This document shows positions 9,710 to 19,330 of a stretch of DNA of 64,000 nucleotides, piece after piece (the stretch's first letter is position 1; every line of letters begins with the position of its first letter). The notes under the pieces were generated by a model. That model was given only the letters and a program-made list of their open reading frames with translations. It made no database searches and was not told where the DNA came from. Source of the stretch: Syntrophorhabdaceae bacterium (lineage in GTDB: Bacteria; Desulfobacterota; Syntrophorhabdia; Syntrophorhabdales; Syntrophorhabdaceae); contig CAXXUO010000009.1 of assembly GCA_963666485.2 (NCBI GenBank), positions 96,001-160,000 on the forward strand, read 5' to 3'. The translations under genes were made by a program, and so were the position numbers.

Positions 9710-11200
9710 ATGAACGTTTACTTCTCCGATTTTTTTTGTATCGATCCGGAATTGGTCGAAGTCTATGGAGCTTTTAACATTTCGCTGATTAACGATTTAC
9801 CATTGTTCGTTGATCCTTTCTTGCTTTTTAATAGTGAAAAAGAGGATTACCAAAGACTACATCGCCAAATACTTGAATATGTGGCCTTTCTTCGTGAAAA
9901 ATCAATGGAAGAAGGTTTAAAATCTGGATTATTACAATCGTGGTTTGTTTTTTCTGAGGTTAAGCAGAATTGGCTTGGATACAGCCTGGTAGGTAACGGA
10001 GGAAGCGGTTTAGGCATTGATTTTGCGAAGGCTCTAAATAAGAATCTCCATACACTTTTTACGGATTTTGGCGAAGAAACGATAACCCGTAGTAGTCATC
10101 TTGAAAAGCTATGTCTTGTCAAAGACGGGGTTGGTCGAGATAACATCAGTGATTTCACCACAAACTTGATTAAATCGCACCTCTTGGAGTATACGCAAAC
10201 ATTTGCCAATAAGTATATCGATAAGTCGAAATGCAAGACTTTTGCGGTTCGTCGAGTAAGTTTTGATTATTTGACTCAAACGTGGAAAACAGGAAGATAT
10301 ACTCTTCCGTCATACAATAATGATTTTGTGCTTCTGACACCCAAAGACATTCTTACAAAAGATGAGACTTGGATTAACAAAGGAGATATCGTTGGCGATT
10401 TCGACGATATAGTCGCTTCGGTATCTAATGTCGAACTGAGGGATCAGATTAATCATTACTTCATAGCAAATCTTCCTCGTCCGGAACGAAAGAAGCGTGG
10501 TGGAGGAGCAAAAGCTCCAACGAAAAAACAAATTTCGGCAGCCATCTCAGCGGTAATATCAAAATATCCAGAATTCATTGATTACTATATTCGTTACAAG
10601 GAAGATCGCGGAAATGACGCCAAATCGATTAGCGAAGAAAGGGTGCTTGAGACTCAGGAACTTTTTGTCACCGAACTGTCCGCTTTTATTTCCAGCTTGT
10701 CTCGAAAATCAAAGTTTTATGAAACTCCAGGAGACACCTTGGAAGAATCTTATCAACGTGTCATGTTCCTCAAAAACGTTATAGAAAATAAAGATGGATA
10801 TCGGGCTTTTTACAGCAAAGGTGATCCGGTCAAAAGAGAGGTAGAAATTCAAGTCATGTTCAGGTTGACGTGGTACGCAACCCCGTCCGATGTAACTCGC
10901 GAAGCTAATGAGGGGCGTGGCCCGGTTGATTTCAAAGTATCAAGAGGCGCAAAGGATAAATCATTGGTTGAATTCAAGCTAGCAAGCAATACAAAATTAA
11001 GACAAAATTTGGAAAGGCAGGTTGAAATATACAAGAAAGCTCATGATACCGATAAAGCTATAAAGGTCATTCTCTTTTTTACTGAAGAAGAAGAAATAAA
11101 AGTCAAAAGAATTCTGTCCGATTTGGAGTTATCAAGTGACAAATATGTCGTTCTTATAGATGCCAGGAAAGACAATAAGCCATCTGCATCAAGAGCATGA
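9710..11200 (+). CDS. Hypothetical protein with C-terminal PD-(D/E)xK nuclease domain; candidate defence gene
   Basis: 496 aa; EANEGRGPVDFKV..LVEFKL nuclease motif; stand-alone, opposite to flanking operon. Confidence 0.65.
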   Translation: MNVYFSDFFCIDPELVEVYGAFNISLINDLPLFVDPFLLFNSEKEDYQRLHRQILEYVAFLREKSMEEGLKSGLLQSWFVFSEVKQNWLGYSLVGNGGSGLGIDFAKALNKNLHTLFTDFGEETITRSSHLEKLCLVKDGVGRDNISDFTTNLIKSHLLEYTQTFANKYIDKSKCKTFAVRRVSFDYLTQTWKTGRYTLPSYNNDFVLLTPKDILTKDETWINKGDIVGDFDDIVASVSNVELRDQINHYFIANLPRPERKKRGGGAKAPTKKQISAAISAVISKYPEFIDYYIRYKEDRGNDAKSISEERVLETQELFVTELSAFISSLSRKSKFYETPGDTLEESYQRVMFLKNVIENKDGYRAFYSKGDPVKREVEIQVMFRLTWYATPSDVTREANEGRGPVDFKVSRGAKDKSLVEFKLASNTKLRQNLERQVEIYKKAHDTDKAIKVILFFTEEEEIKVKRILSDLELSSDKYVVLIDARKDNKPSASRA

Positions 11201-11335
11201 TATGCCAACTCTATAAGACTCAAGGCTTGACTAGCAAATACACGTCCCTACTTGGTCCAAATGTTGGAAGCGATGGCGGAGGAAATTCTCGCTACTAATC
11301 CGATAGAAAGGAAATGAATTTCAAGCATTTCCTAT

Positions 11336-12106
11336 TTAACTGTTGCGTTCAAGGTAGAGTAGATATTTTTCGATCAGCATTCGTGCGGTTTCCCTGGCTA
11401 ATGCAAGTTCGGAACTATCGGCGTCCCGTAGATGACCAGCAGATTTTCCTCTGTGCCTACCCTGTTTCAGTGGTCGTAAATTAGCTAAGTCACCGATAGT
11501 ATTCCATTTTGCTAGGGTAACACCAAGTTGTTTCTTTGCCTTATTTTGGTTTCTGAATTTCATGGTTAGAGCATCTCTAATTTCATAAAGATATACCAGT
11601 TCATTCTGAGGATCATTTACAGCCATTTGTAGACTTCTTAACATTTGATCAAGGGTCTCGTCGGATAACCTGAACTTGCCTATTGCCATAGCGAGCCACT
11701 CTTGTCGTTTTAGTCGGTCCTGCTTGGAATCGGAAATAATATTTCCATCCTTATCTCTTATGATGATGTCAACTGTTCCAACCGAGCACATTACTGTGAC
11801 GGTATCTTCTATTTTTAGAAAAATATTGCGTGTACCATCTTCCTTTAGATCTGTTCGTGATGGTTTGCTGAGAGTGAAGGCAGCATGAGTCAATACCTGA
11901 ACGGCAAGGAGCTGGCTTTCTATTATCTTTGTTAAATCGCCAGTTATTGAATCATTGTTTCTAAATACCCTCATTTCAATGGTTGCAATAGCGGTGCCTT
12001 GGGATATCTGTAGCGTAAAACCATCGCCAGACATGGCAATTGGCTCTTCCAAATAAGTCGAGGGAGAATATCTCCACTCTAGGTGAACCTCTACCGCCTT
12101 GCTCAT
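11336..12106 (-). CDS. Hypothetical protein, possible MauJ/ApeA-like HEPN domain
   Basis: 256 aa; C-terminal helical part LYEIRDAL..LAN..QGRHRG. Confidence 0.45.
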   Translation of the reverse strand: MSKAVEVHLEWRYSPSTYLEEPIAMSGDGFTLQISQGTAIATIEMRVFRNNDSITGDLTKIIESQLLAVQVLTHAAFTLSKPSRTDLKEDGTRNIFLKIEDTVTVMCSVGTVDIIIRDKDGNIISDSKQDRLKRQEWLAMAIGKFRLSDETLDQMLRSLQMAVNDPQNELVYLYEIRDALTMKFRNQNKAKKQLGVTLAKWNTIGDLANLRPLKQGRHRGKSAGHLRDADSSELALARETARMLIEKYLLYLERNS

Positions 12107-12294
12107 CTTGGTCTCTCCTACTCAATTAGTGGCTCTAGTATATTTGACCAGTCTAGCCGGAATTAGTAGAACTCTGAATTGGATTCCTATTCCTATAGTA
12201 AAATTGTTTTGATTATCCTAGTTCAGGCTTCAGTCCGTGAATAACGCCATAACAGAGATAAATCTTGAATACGTCACATTTTTATCTAATTAGC

Positions 12295-14067
12295 TTATTG
12301 TAACGAAAGAGTCTCGGCAACTTTTTTGAGTTTCTTTTCAAATGGCCCATATATTTCGGGAGGTGCCATACCTCCAACAGTGTAACTCTTTCCCTTGTGA
12401 AAAGTTATAATCGTGTATTGCCTTTTTAAATTTCCCATAAGCAAAAACTGGGTTATGAGATAAGCAGCTTTTTTCTTAGCTAGTTGCCCCCTGCCAAAAT
12501 CTACAAGGACCTTATCCGGATCTATTTTCCTCTGTTCCTCGAAAAGTTTTTGTATGAAATTATGTAACCCCCTTTTTGAAAAACTTCCTATGTTTGTATC
12601 TTGAGATTCAGGGCTATTGTTTTTAACGACGACATGCATTGATTCACCAGAATTGTTCCTTGTTGAGACTATAAGATAATTGTCAATTTGACGTTCCTCT
12701 AATTGCCACCCTGTTTCGAATTGTATGCTGAACCCCCAATTGTTACTACGGTATAGACCGGTAGTAGGATCATAATTGCCTGGCGCAGGTTTGGCCGAAG
12801 ATTGAAGTGGCAGATCCGCCGCGGGTTTTTTGCCTGTAATTTTATCAGGATCGCTTGAAGACCAATGCGACCAAATGCCTAAACTGTCTATAAGGCCAGA
12901 TTTAAACTGGCGCGTGGTTGGAATAGGCAAATAACCTGTGCCAAAAACCAGGCATATTAAAAATATAAAAAATCCCATCCAGATGCTCCCAACAATACTC
13001 CTTTTATATTTCCAGTTAAATAAAACTGTGAATGATGGTGCGCTATCTTTGGCTATATAGAGAATAAGTACCGTAACGAGAGCAAGCGCGCACCATTGAA
13101 TTAATAAGGTGAGAAAATCTATCTCCCGGTAACCTCGTAGAGTAAATAGAAAAGCATAGCCCCGGTCACGAATAATCCCATTTATTTTTGATATCCAAGG
13201 CGGGAAGATTGCCATAATCGCACCAATTGCGATTGCGCAAAATATAGTAATCTTACGATAATTAACGATTCTCTCTCTGGAACAACCTACAAATTTAGGA
13301 CATGTCCTATAAATTTTTAGTAACGACCACCGAATAGCAAAGATGACAAATGGTATGAACACCCATATTAATCCAACCTTTAATAAAAAATCCCTTCTTT
13401 GCTTGGCTGAATATTTTTCCACAATAGACCAGTATTCTTTGCAGGCATCCAGCATAATCTTTTCATTAAATCCATCATAGAATCTAATAAAATGCTTATT
13501 TGGCATCTCCACTTCGATGGTTGCCTCACCGTAGGCCAATTTATCAAACATGTCTTTCTCAATTATAAGGCCGGCCTCGTACGATAGATTGTCATAAAAC
13601 TGTTTTTGATGGAGTATATTTTCGGGCCTTGGGATCATCAACAAGACATAGATTAGCAGAGATAGAGAATACACAATTATCGAGATGTATAAGGTTTTTT
13701 TGCCGATCAACTGTTGTGCTGTTTCAGGTTTTTCTTCCTGCAGGTTAAGATATGCATCATCTGGCGTTCCTTCCTGAGTATTTTGACAAACATTCGCAAT
13801 CCTTTCTTTTCTTCCAATCATTGAAAATAGTAAGAATATTCCCCCCAAAACAAACAAAATACACGCAATGGTCGCGATAATTTGGACAGTTTTTTCACTT
13901 ACGAATGGTAATATACATAAAATTAAGAAAATGCTTGGAAGGGTAAACCGATAATAAAAATTCACCCTGATTCCATAATTTCTCAAGGTTCGTTGGATAG
14001 TGTACAACGCTAGTATGACAAAACAAAATGCAGCGGTCCCTATGCCTATCGCCGTGCCAAGACTCAT
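12295..14067 (-). CDS. Multi-pass membrane protein with C-terminal PsbP/DcrB-like domain
   Basis: About 8 hydrophobic segments; YRSNNWGFSIQFETGW..FHKGKSYTV..KKVAETLSL. Confidence 0.6.
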   Translation of the reverse strand: MSLGTAIGIGTAAFCFVILALYTIQRTLRNYGIRVNFYYRFTLPSIFLILCILPFVSEKTVQIIATIACILFVLGGIFLLFSMIGRKERIANVCQNTQEGTPDDAYLNLQEEKPETAQQLIGKKTLYISIIVYSLSLLIYVLLMIPRPENILHQKQFYDNLSYEAGLIIEKDMFDKLAYGEATIEVEMPNKHFIRFYDGFNEKIMLDACKEYWSIVEKYSAKQRRDFLLKVGLIWVFIPFVIFAIRWSLLKIYRTCPKFVGCSRERIVNYRKITIFCAIAIGAIMAIFPPWISKINGIIRDRGYAFLFTLRGYREIDFLTLLIQWCALALVTVLILYIAKDSAPSFTVLFNWKYKRSIVGSIWMGFFIFLICLVFGTGYLPIPTTRQFKSGLIDSLGIWSHWSSSDPDKITGKKPAADLPLQSSAKPAPGNYDPTTGLYRSNNWGFSIQFETGWQLEERQIDNYLIVSTRNNSGESMHVVVKNNSPESQDTNIGSFSKRGLHNFIQKLFEEQRKIDPDKVLVDFGRGQLAKKKAAYLITQFLLMGNLKRQYTIITFHKGKSYTVGGMAPPEIYGPFEKKLKKVAETLSLQ

Positions 14068-14244
14068 ACGATTCTCCTATGATTCTATATAAAGATGTTT
14101 AATGTTCCATGATTTTAAAAAGATTGTCAATAACTCGTGGTTCCGTTTCGGGTGGAAATATGTTCAGGATTATCAAAAGTATATCGACAAACAAATATCA
14201 GCATTTTATAATCACAAAAAAGACGGTCAATTAAGCAAGGAAGA

Positions 14245-15318
14245 ATGATAATGAACATTTACCCGCATAATATCAAGCGCATATTAATCATGTTACCAAT
14301 CATTATAATATTCGCATGTACTACTGCCTTGGCTGGTCCCTCTGAAGATGCCAGCCTCCGAGAAGCGACAAAAAAGTTGGATATTAATGCAGTAAAAACC
14401 GCTTTAAGAAGAGGGGCAAACCCCAATATGCCATCCTCCGATCCGCGACCAATGACCCCATTGAGCCTAACCTCAATGGCCGTTCTCTTTGATCGTAATG
14501 GAAATGAAAGCAAGAGAGCGGCAGAGATTTTTAAGATATTATTTGCTGCTGGAGCAAAACTTGGTCGTTGGGATCGAGACATTCTTTTTGTTCCAATTTC
14601 AGGAGGACATGTAGAACTTGTGAAGTTGCTTTTATCTCATGGGGCATCACCTACGGCAAAAATCGAAGGATATTTGCCAACCCAACTGGCCCTCAAATAT
14701 GGGCAAACAGAGGTATACAATCTTTTGTTATCTCACGGTGGAATCGCGGCCAACAATAAGGAAGCTCTGCAGTTGAGTTTTATAGAAGCAGCTACGAATG
14801 GTCAAATTATCAAAATGGAACGGGCGTTTAAAGCTGGGGCGCGTATCGATGCGGCAGGTCCGGACGGTATGACAGCGCTAATAAGCGCTCTCAGAATACC
14901 CATTCATGATAAGAGTAAATTGGGTATCATTTCATGGCTCCTAGATCATGGTGCTGATCCTAACCTTAGAGGAGAAAGCGGATTCAGGGATTTCGATGGA
15001 ATTCCACTTCACGTTTTTGTGGCAATTAATAGAGGTATTATGATGGGTGAGATAACGACATTGCAGGACGCACAAGTGTTTGCAGAGGCAGCTTTAACGC
15101 GATTATTAAAGGCTGGCGCCAAAGTATCCGGAATGGATACGCAAGACAGAACTCCTCTACATATCTGTGCTAAAGTCAACAATGTTAGGGCTGCAGAAAT
15201 ATTAATCGAAAGAGGCGCCCGCATTATGGCAAGGGACGTAAAGGGTAAGACCCCCCTTGATTACGCAGAATCGGAGTCTATGATCAGACTGCTAAGGAGC
15301 CATGGAGCATCTGAGTGA
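14245..15318 (+). CDS. Secreted ankyrin-repeat protein
   Basis: Signal peptide; repeats GMTALISA, DRTPLHIC, GKTPLDYA, LLDHGADPN. Confidence 0.9.
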   Translation: MIMNIYPHNIKRILIMLPIIIIFACTTALAGPSEDASLREATKKLDINAVKTALRRGANPNMPSSDPRPMTPLSLTSMAVLFDRNGNESKRAAEIFKILFAAGAKLGRWDRDILFVPISGGHVELVKLLLSHGASPTAKIEGYLPTQLALKYGQTEVYNLLLSHGGIAANNKEALQLSFIEAATNGQIIKMERAFKAGARIDAAGPDGMTALISALRIPIHDKSKLGIISWLLDHGADPNLRGESGFRDFDGIPLHVFVAINRGIMMGEITTLQDAQVFAEAALTRLLKAGAKVSGMDTQDRTPLHICAKVNNVRAAEILIERGARIMARDVKGKTPLDYAESESMIRLLRSHGASE

Positions 15319-15365
15319 TAGGTTGAATATCTCTAGTTGAATAACCCGTAAAGTGAGGTAATTAA

Positions 15366-16214
15366 GTGGCCTTAGCGCCTATAAGCATATCATGCGCAAA
15401 ATGTGGAACTGACTTCACAGCGTTACCAAAGCGTTCATTTCTCGGGTTTCAGAAATTATCATGTCCAAATTGTGACGAACAATTGACATATCCCCTGACA
15501 TCAGGATACCGAATCACTTACTGGATTCTGTTTGGTTTAATGGTTTTAGGCTCGATTGATATAGCGTTGCAGGGTAAATTTCCGATAATTGGTTTTTTTG
15601 GATTTGCGATTATGATAGCGCTTTTTAATGATGTTTGCATAAGAAAACAGTTGGCTAAAAGTTTTCGGGGAAAAGCGCCTGATGATTCTGCGAAAGATGT
15701 CGCTCAACCTAAAGTATTGGAAGTTACTGATGTTGAGAAGAGATCTTCTGAGCCGCTGACCCAGGTTGAGTACATCGAGAGAATATCCACAAAAAAGGTG
15801 CTTGATCAAAGTAGGTTACGTAAAGTTGTTCTGATTTGGTCGGTAGGATTATCTGTGTTGTCTTTGGGTTTTGCCGGATATAATCTTCATAAATCAATCA
15901 AGGCAGATAAAGACTGGGAAACTGAGAGAATAAAAGTTAATCGGTTATACGAGGAAAAAAGGAAGATTACTGATAAATATATTTATGAATACGGGGTCAC
16001 AAGCCAAAAGGAGCTCGATGAAGCAACATATGTTCAAGATATGTTGATAAATAATACCGTGGAGCTAGCTAAGATATATTGGAATAAATTTAAAAAACAT
16101 ACATTCTATTTCTGGTTGTCCTTAGCGCTGACCACAATTCCTTGGTTGGCGATTATTTTTTTTAGGTTTATACGATGGCAATATCGATACCTCTATCCAG
16201 AAAAGAAAGGGTAA
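15366..16214 (+). CDS. Membrane protein with N-terminal Zn-ribbon
   Basis: CAKC..CPNC then 4 hydrophobic segments. Confidence 0.65.
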   Translation: MALAPISISCAKCGTDFTALPKRSFLGFQKLSCPNCDEQLTYPLTSGYRITYWILFGLMVLGSIDIALQGKFPIIGFFGFAIMIALFNDVCIRKQLAKSFRGKAPDDSAKDVAQPKVLEVTDVEKRSSEPLTQVEYIERISTKKVLDQSRLRKVVLIWSVGLSVLSLGFAGYNLHKSIKADKDWETERIKVNRLYEEKRKITDKYIYEYGVTSQKELDEATYVQDMLINNTVELAKIYWNKFKKHTFYFWLSLALTTIPWLAIIFFRFIRWQYRYLYPEKKG

Positions 16215-16219
16215 CAACA

Positions 16220-16822
16220 GTGATTAAAAATACGTTCCTGGCCTATATTTTGCTGAGTTTGATCGGACTAATGATTTATTCATTTGATTCTGCGTACGCT
16301 CAGTCCAATTGGGTTACTTTTAGAAATACCGAATTTAAATTTCGTTTCATCTATCCTCCGGGTTGGAAGATCGATACACCTAGAGGGAAAAATGTTCGGG
16401 GAAAAGTTTCATCCCCAAAAGGGGAATTATTCGCCAGTTGTAATATCGTTGTAAAACCGTCGCCGGCAATCTCCAAGTACACCCAGAAAGAACTCGGTGA
16501 AATGCTTGAGACTGAAGTATGGTCCGCTAATGATTGGTTAGGGACTTTAAAAGACAAATTTCCCGATGCTATGATTAATGAAAGAAAAAGGATCAAAATT
16601 GATAATCTGCCAGCACAGTTCGCCGTTTTTAAATACACCTACGAGACAATGGATATGAAACTCTATTCGCAGTCAATGGTTTTTGCGACATTTACGCCTG
16701 GTTATGCATGGTTATTCACTTGCGGATCTGCTGCCAAGGATGAACGTGATGCAGAAAAGAATTATGCATTTTGGAAGCCAATATTTACAAGATTATTTAG
16801 TTCATTTGTATTCGAAAAATAA
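16220..16822 (+). CDS. Secreted PsbP/DcrB-like protein
   Basis: Signal peptide ending AYA; FRNTEFKFRFIYPPGW, IDNLPA, IFTRLFSSF; GTG start inferred. Confidence 0.6.
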   Translation: MIKNTFLAYILLSLIGLMIYSFDSAYAQSNWVTFRNTEFKFRFIYPPGWKIDTPRGKNVRGKVSSPKGELFASCNIVVKPSPAISKYTQKELGEMLETEVWSANDWLGTLKDKFPDAMINERKRIKIDNLPAQFAVFKYTYETMDMKLYSQSMVFATFTPGYAWLFTCGSAAKDERDAEKNYAFWKPIFTRLFSSFVFEK

Positions 16823-16928
16823 CCTATATTTACACTGGATTTACGGTCAAGCATTCCTCTTCTTCAACCCGGAATGAGATATCATATTTAAAGTAAACAA
16901 ATTCATTCCTTTTATTTGCCAATAGCAC

Positions 16929-17444
16929 TTATGATAAAAGTCGCGGAATTTGCGCTTTGCAACTAGAGCAATACCATTGCTGAGCATCGTCACTATAGTC
17001 CAGATTGGTATATTGGGATCCGCATAGAGGACAATTGCCCGTGACAGTTGGTCTAGAATTCATATTTGTACTGTTTTCATTTTTCAACGATGCTCTCTTA
17101 AGACTTATCCTACACAACACTGTTCCCGCTATTAGACCGGCAGAAACACTTAAGGCACCTATTGAATAGCCGAATAAAATTGCCGTCAAGAAATCCAATA
17201 ACATGAATACGGCTATTCCCACTATTGAGTAAACTACACAATTTGAAAAGCGTTCGGATCCAGAAATTAGCCCTTTTGTCCAAATTCCAACGAAGGTTGT
17301 AGCGTTAATAATAATAGTAATCGAGTACAACGCAAATGATTGGTGCATCATAGAAGTTTTCGGGTTTAGGATAGTCACTATAAACGTACTAACAATGGTA
17401 GACGCAAATACAGCTATTATCGTGAATAACCAGCGCGCAGCCAT
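16929..17444 (-). CDS. 4-TM membrane protein with C-terminal Zn-ribbon
   Basis: Four hydrophobic helices; CPLC..CSSC. Confidence 0.65.
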   Translation of the reverse strand: MAARWLFTIIAVFASTIVSTFIVTILNPKTSMMHQSFALYSITIIINATTFVGIWTKGLISGSERFSNCVVYSIVGIAVFMLLDFLTAILFGYSIGALSVSAGLIAGTVLCRISLKRASLKNENSTNMNSRPTVTGNCPLCGSQYTNLDYSDDAQQWYCSSCKAQIPRLLS

Positions 17445-17940
17445 TTATTCCCCCAAATTAATACCGTAGATCATTACCCAAATCAAAAAATTGCTTGAAT
17501 CATGTTTCTCATAATATCGCTAGCATATTACTTTGTCAAAGAAAATAAAATAACCTTTATAGCACCCTATTAAAATTATGGCAATAACAGGTTTTGGTTC
17601 TCGCATAAAACCTTTCAAGAGCCGTTCCTCTCATAATCCCAACCAATTATTACCATCTACGCGTATCCCTCACCCAGATTAACACGGGAAGATCCTAGAG
17701 GATATTGTTCTCATATATCCGGAAGCAGCAACCGACCATATCTTTCTTCTCACCATTTTTGGTTTTTTTTGTTTCATGATATTTTATACAAGTAAATTCT
17801 GCTTGTTATGACTTACCAACGTCCATAACCATAGAATCCCTACCTCTGGAACAATCCCTTCCGAAATCTTCTTGTATAATAGACCAACTGTCCTACAAAC
17901 ATTATCTATAAACAAAAAAAATAAAATGGTTCCCCCAGAG

Positions 17941-18115
17941 GAAAACCGACCCTCCCAGCAGGGGGAGGGAAGGTTTTTCTTAGTTTATATTTTCTTATAA
18001 TATCTTATAGGGCTGAGATCATGAATGTTATTATCCGGTTATATCCGTTTACGTTTTCCGGACCCTACATCGATTCTTTCCGGACCCTACATCATTATTT
18101 TCCGGACCCTACATC
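17941..18115. repeat. Putative replication origin: GC hairpin, AT-rich tract and three iterons
   Basis: TTTCCGGACCCTACATC at 18055, 18077, 18099 (22-bp period); AT-rich ~17973-18009; imperfect hairpin ~17941-17979. Confidence 0.75.
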
Positions 18116-19318
18116 CCCTTCAGATATAGTGGTGGTATCGATTTGCGGACTCTTGTGATCGTTCTTACCCTTCTTCGGTAATGTGATTTCATATTTGATC
18201 CCATTAAATCCTGTGACTTGCTTGTAATCGAGTATCAGACCGTATTTTTTCAGGGGATTGAGGGTATTTATCTCCAGATTGGCAATGAGGTTCGTTATGT
18301 TCGTGTCCTTGAAGCGCATCCGCTCTACGATAGTGGTGAGATTGAATTCCTGTTTGACCAGGTTATGATGCAGCAGGAGATGGCGATAGAATATTTGCGC
18401 CGACTGCGCGAGATGATACAGGTTGTTGTCGATCCAGTCATAATTCCTCGTCAAGAGGTTATGGACGAACATCTCTCCCAGGATCGTATTGAAGATAATG
18501 TAGTAAAATCGGTTTTGGACAATCCCGTCATTTCTTACTTCCTTGTCGATGTAACCCAATTCAAAGGGGTGACTGAAAACGTTCATTGAATACCATTTTT
18601 CTTTCATACTTTTTCCTTTGTCCGTTACCATCCGCACGGGGAACTCGATCCTGAACTCGACCCGCGATGTTTTCTTGAGAAGGCTGAAAATGTCGTTGGA
18701 ACACAATTTAAGACCTGTGAAACTTCGGAAATGGCGGTCGTCAAACCTTACGTATTTTTGTTGCTTTAAGGCTGATAGGTCTTCTTCCGTAATTGCTCTG
18801 GGAATGTTAATTGGTTTTCCAAAATTATTTATATCGATCTCCTGCTCTCGTCTCCTGATGCTGTCATAATCATTGAATATGGGGGTGATTTCATCCGGGA
18901 TAACATCGCCATTTTCCTTCAGGAGAAAGAGATGTCCCACCACGTCCATCACCATATAACTTTTGGCGTCCCAATCGCCGCTGATAGAGCAAGCTTTACC
19001 CGATTTTACCGATTCCCATTGGTATGTAATGTCTTCCCTATTGCCTCTCACTATGTTGGGGGGAATCGCTTTGTTCATCCCGCGCTCCGACGTGTTTGAC
19101 CGTGTTCCCTTTATGCTCAGCCTAGCGATTGTCTGGGATACCGAGTTGACGAGCTTTGCATAGTTAAAATCATCACTCAGGAATTCTTCTATTTTCTTTA
19201 ATGCATTGTGCTTATCCCTCAGGTCCTCCAGATCTGCGTGGAGATATTTCGGATAAGCAATCCCGTCATATTCTGATCTGAGTTTATAAAATGTTTCTTT
19301 TGCTTCTTCCTTATTCAT
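18095..19318 (-). CDS. Putative replication initiator (Rep, winged-helix-like)
   Basis: 407 aa right after primase-helicase; iterons overlap its 3' end; C-terminal AQIFYR..LTTIVERM..LKKYGLI wHTH-like pattern. Confidence 0.55.
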   Translation of the reverse strand: MNKEEAKETFYKLRSEYDGIAYPKYLHADLEDLRDKHNALKKIEEFLSDDFNYAKLVNSVSQTIARLSIKGTRSNTSERGMNKAIPPNIVRGNREDITYQWESVKSGKACSISGDWDAKSYMVMDVVGHLFLLKENGDVIPDEITPIFNDYDSIRRREQEIDINNFGKPINIPRAITEEDLSALKQQKYVRFDDRHFRSFTGLKLCSNDIFSLLKKTSRVEFRIEFPVRMVTDKGKSMKEKWYSMNVFSHPFELGYIDKEVRNDGIVQNRFYYIIFNTILGEMFVHNLLTRNYDWIDNNLYHLAQSAQIFYRHLLLHHNLVKQEFNLTTIVERMRFKDTNITNLIANLEINTLNPLKKYGLILDYKQVTGFNGIKYEITLPKKGKNDHKSPQIDTTTISEGDVGSGK

Positions 19319-19330
19319 GACCAGGTCCTC

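Noticed and set aside
18055..18115. 17-bp repeats as a mini CRISPR
   Set aside because: Spacers are only 5 nt and no cas genes are present; fits iterons
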